Below are positions 6,232 to 6,380 of a stretch of DNA of 6,380 nucleotides, piece by piece. The position numbers and the translations under genes were made by a program. Source of the DNA: a metagenome. Location of the stretch: sequence record Ga0181601_10013820; one strand, 5' to 3'. The first letter of the stretch is position 1. Each line of letters opens with the position of its first letter. The notes under the pieces are model-generated. The model was given only the letters and a program-made list of their open reading frames with translations. It did not search any database and was not told the DNA's origin.

Positions 6232-6334
6232 CGAATCGAACGCGGGGCCTCTCCCAAGTTCATTCTAGCGCTCTTCAGCGCTGGGTCGTTCGACGAGACC
6301 CGAAGGGAGAATCATACCACTAGACCACATCCCC
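6221..6334 (-). tRNA. tRNA-Pro(CGG), 72-nt mature body interrupted by a 42-nt intron at the canonical 37/38 position (plus coordinates 6257-6298)
   Basis: Hand-folded cloverleaf: acceptor GGGGATG/CATCCCC, D arm GTCT-AGTGGTA-TGAT, anticodon stem CTCCC/GGGAG, loop TTCGGG plus T38 (anticodon CGG at plus 6300-6302), variable AGGCC, T arm CCGCG-TTCGATT-CGCGG, discriminator C. A box TGGTCTAGTGG and B box GTTCGATTC are present. The 5' half closely resembles the remembered eukaryotic tRNA-Pro (GGTCTAG.GGTATGATTCTC.CTT.GGGT). Confidence 0.9.
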
Positions 6335-6346
6335 GTAGATTGATGG

Positions 6347-6365
6347 GTTTAAGCAGTGCTTAAAC
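6347..6365. repeat. perfect 19-bp palindrome gtttaagca-g-tgcttaaac, 13-31 nt upstream of the tRNA 5' end
   Basis: gtttaagca (6347-6355) is the exact reverse complement of tgcttaaac (6357-6365), around the centre base g6356. Confidence 0.8.
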
Positions 6366-6380
6366 ACGCATCTGACGTGT

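Noticed and set aside
6129-6334. Permuted or split tRNA gene, or a CRISPR-like repeat, as the explanation for the repeated 18-mer
   Set aside because: The tRNA at 6221..6334 is colinear and complete (5' half, intron, 3' half), so no permutation is needed. The extra copy covers only 11 nt of tRNA plus trailer, which is not a half-molecule. Two copies of an 18-mer with one 67-nt spacer, in a eukaryotic context with no cas genes, is not a CRISPR array.

Overview
This window reads as eukaryotic nuclear DNA, not bacterial or archaeal. It is GC-rich (roughly 60% by eye) and rich in CGA/GAC/TCG triplets. It carries five tightly packed protein-coding genes and one intron-containing, Pol III-type tRNA gene. 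The composition, 60-370 bp spacers, apparently intronless CDSs and TGTAA motifs after stop codons suggest a compact green picoalga (Mamiellophyceae, Ostreococcus-like). That taxonomic call is inference only.

Gene order:
- 1..1266 (+): 3' part of a large gene, possibly ATAD2/Yta7-like.
- 1482..2150 (+): ESCRT-III VPS20/CHMP6.
- 2215..3426 (+): SirB1/YchA-like transglutaminase-fold plus TPR protein.
- 3487..4149 (-): Lys/Arg-rich hypothetical protein.
- 4402..5751 (+): low-complexity protein with three [E/D]CTFxP motifs.
- 6221..6334 (-): tRNA-Pro(CGG) with a 42-nt intron.

Several ORF-track entries begin at TTG or GTG, so I moved starts to the first in-frame ATG. The long antisense ORFs look like compositional shadows.

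I see no operon, CRISPR array, transposase or integrase, and no defence-like system. The least ordinary part is the tRNA locus at 6020..6380. It sits next to an island of about 31% GC. An exact 18-bp copy of the tRNA 3' end plus trailer lies 85 bp downstream, and a perfect 19-bp palindrome lies just upstream. A second point of interest is the leader of the 4402 gene, which has an upstream ORF ending in an ATGA overlap with the main start and containing a (GAC)11 microsatellite.

All homology statements come from remembered family sequences and motifs, not from searches.
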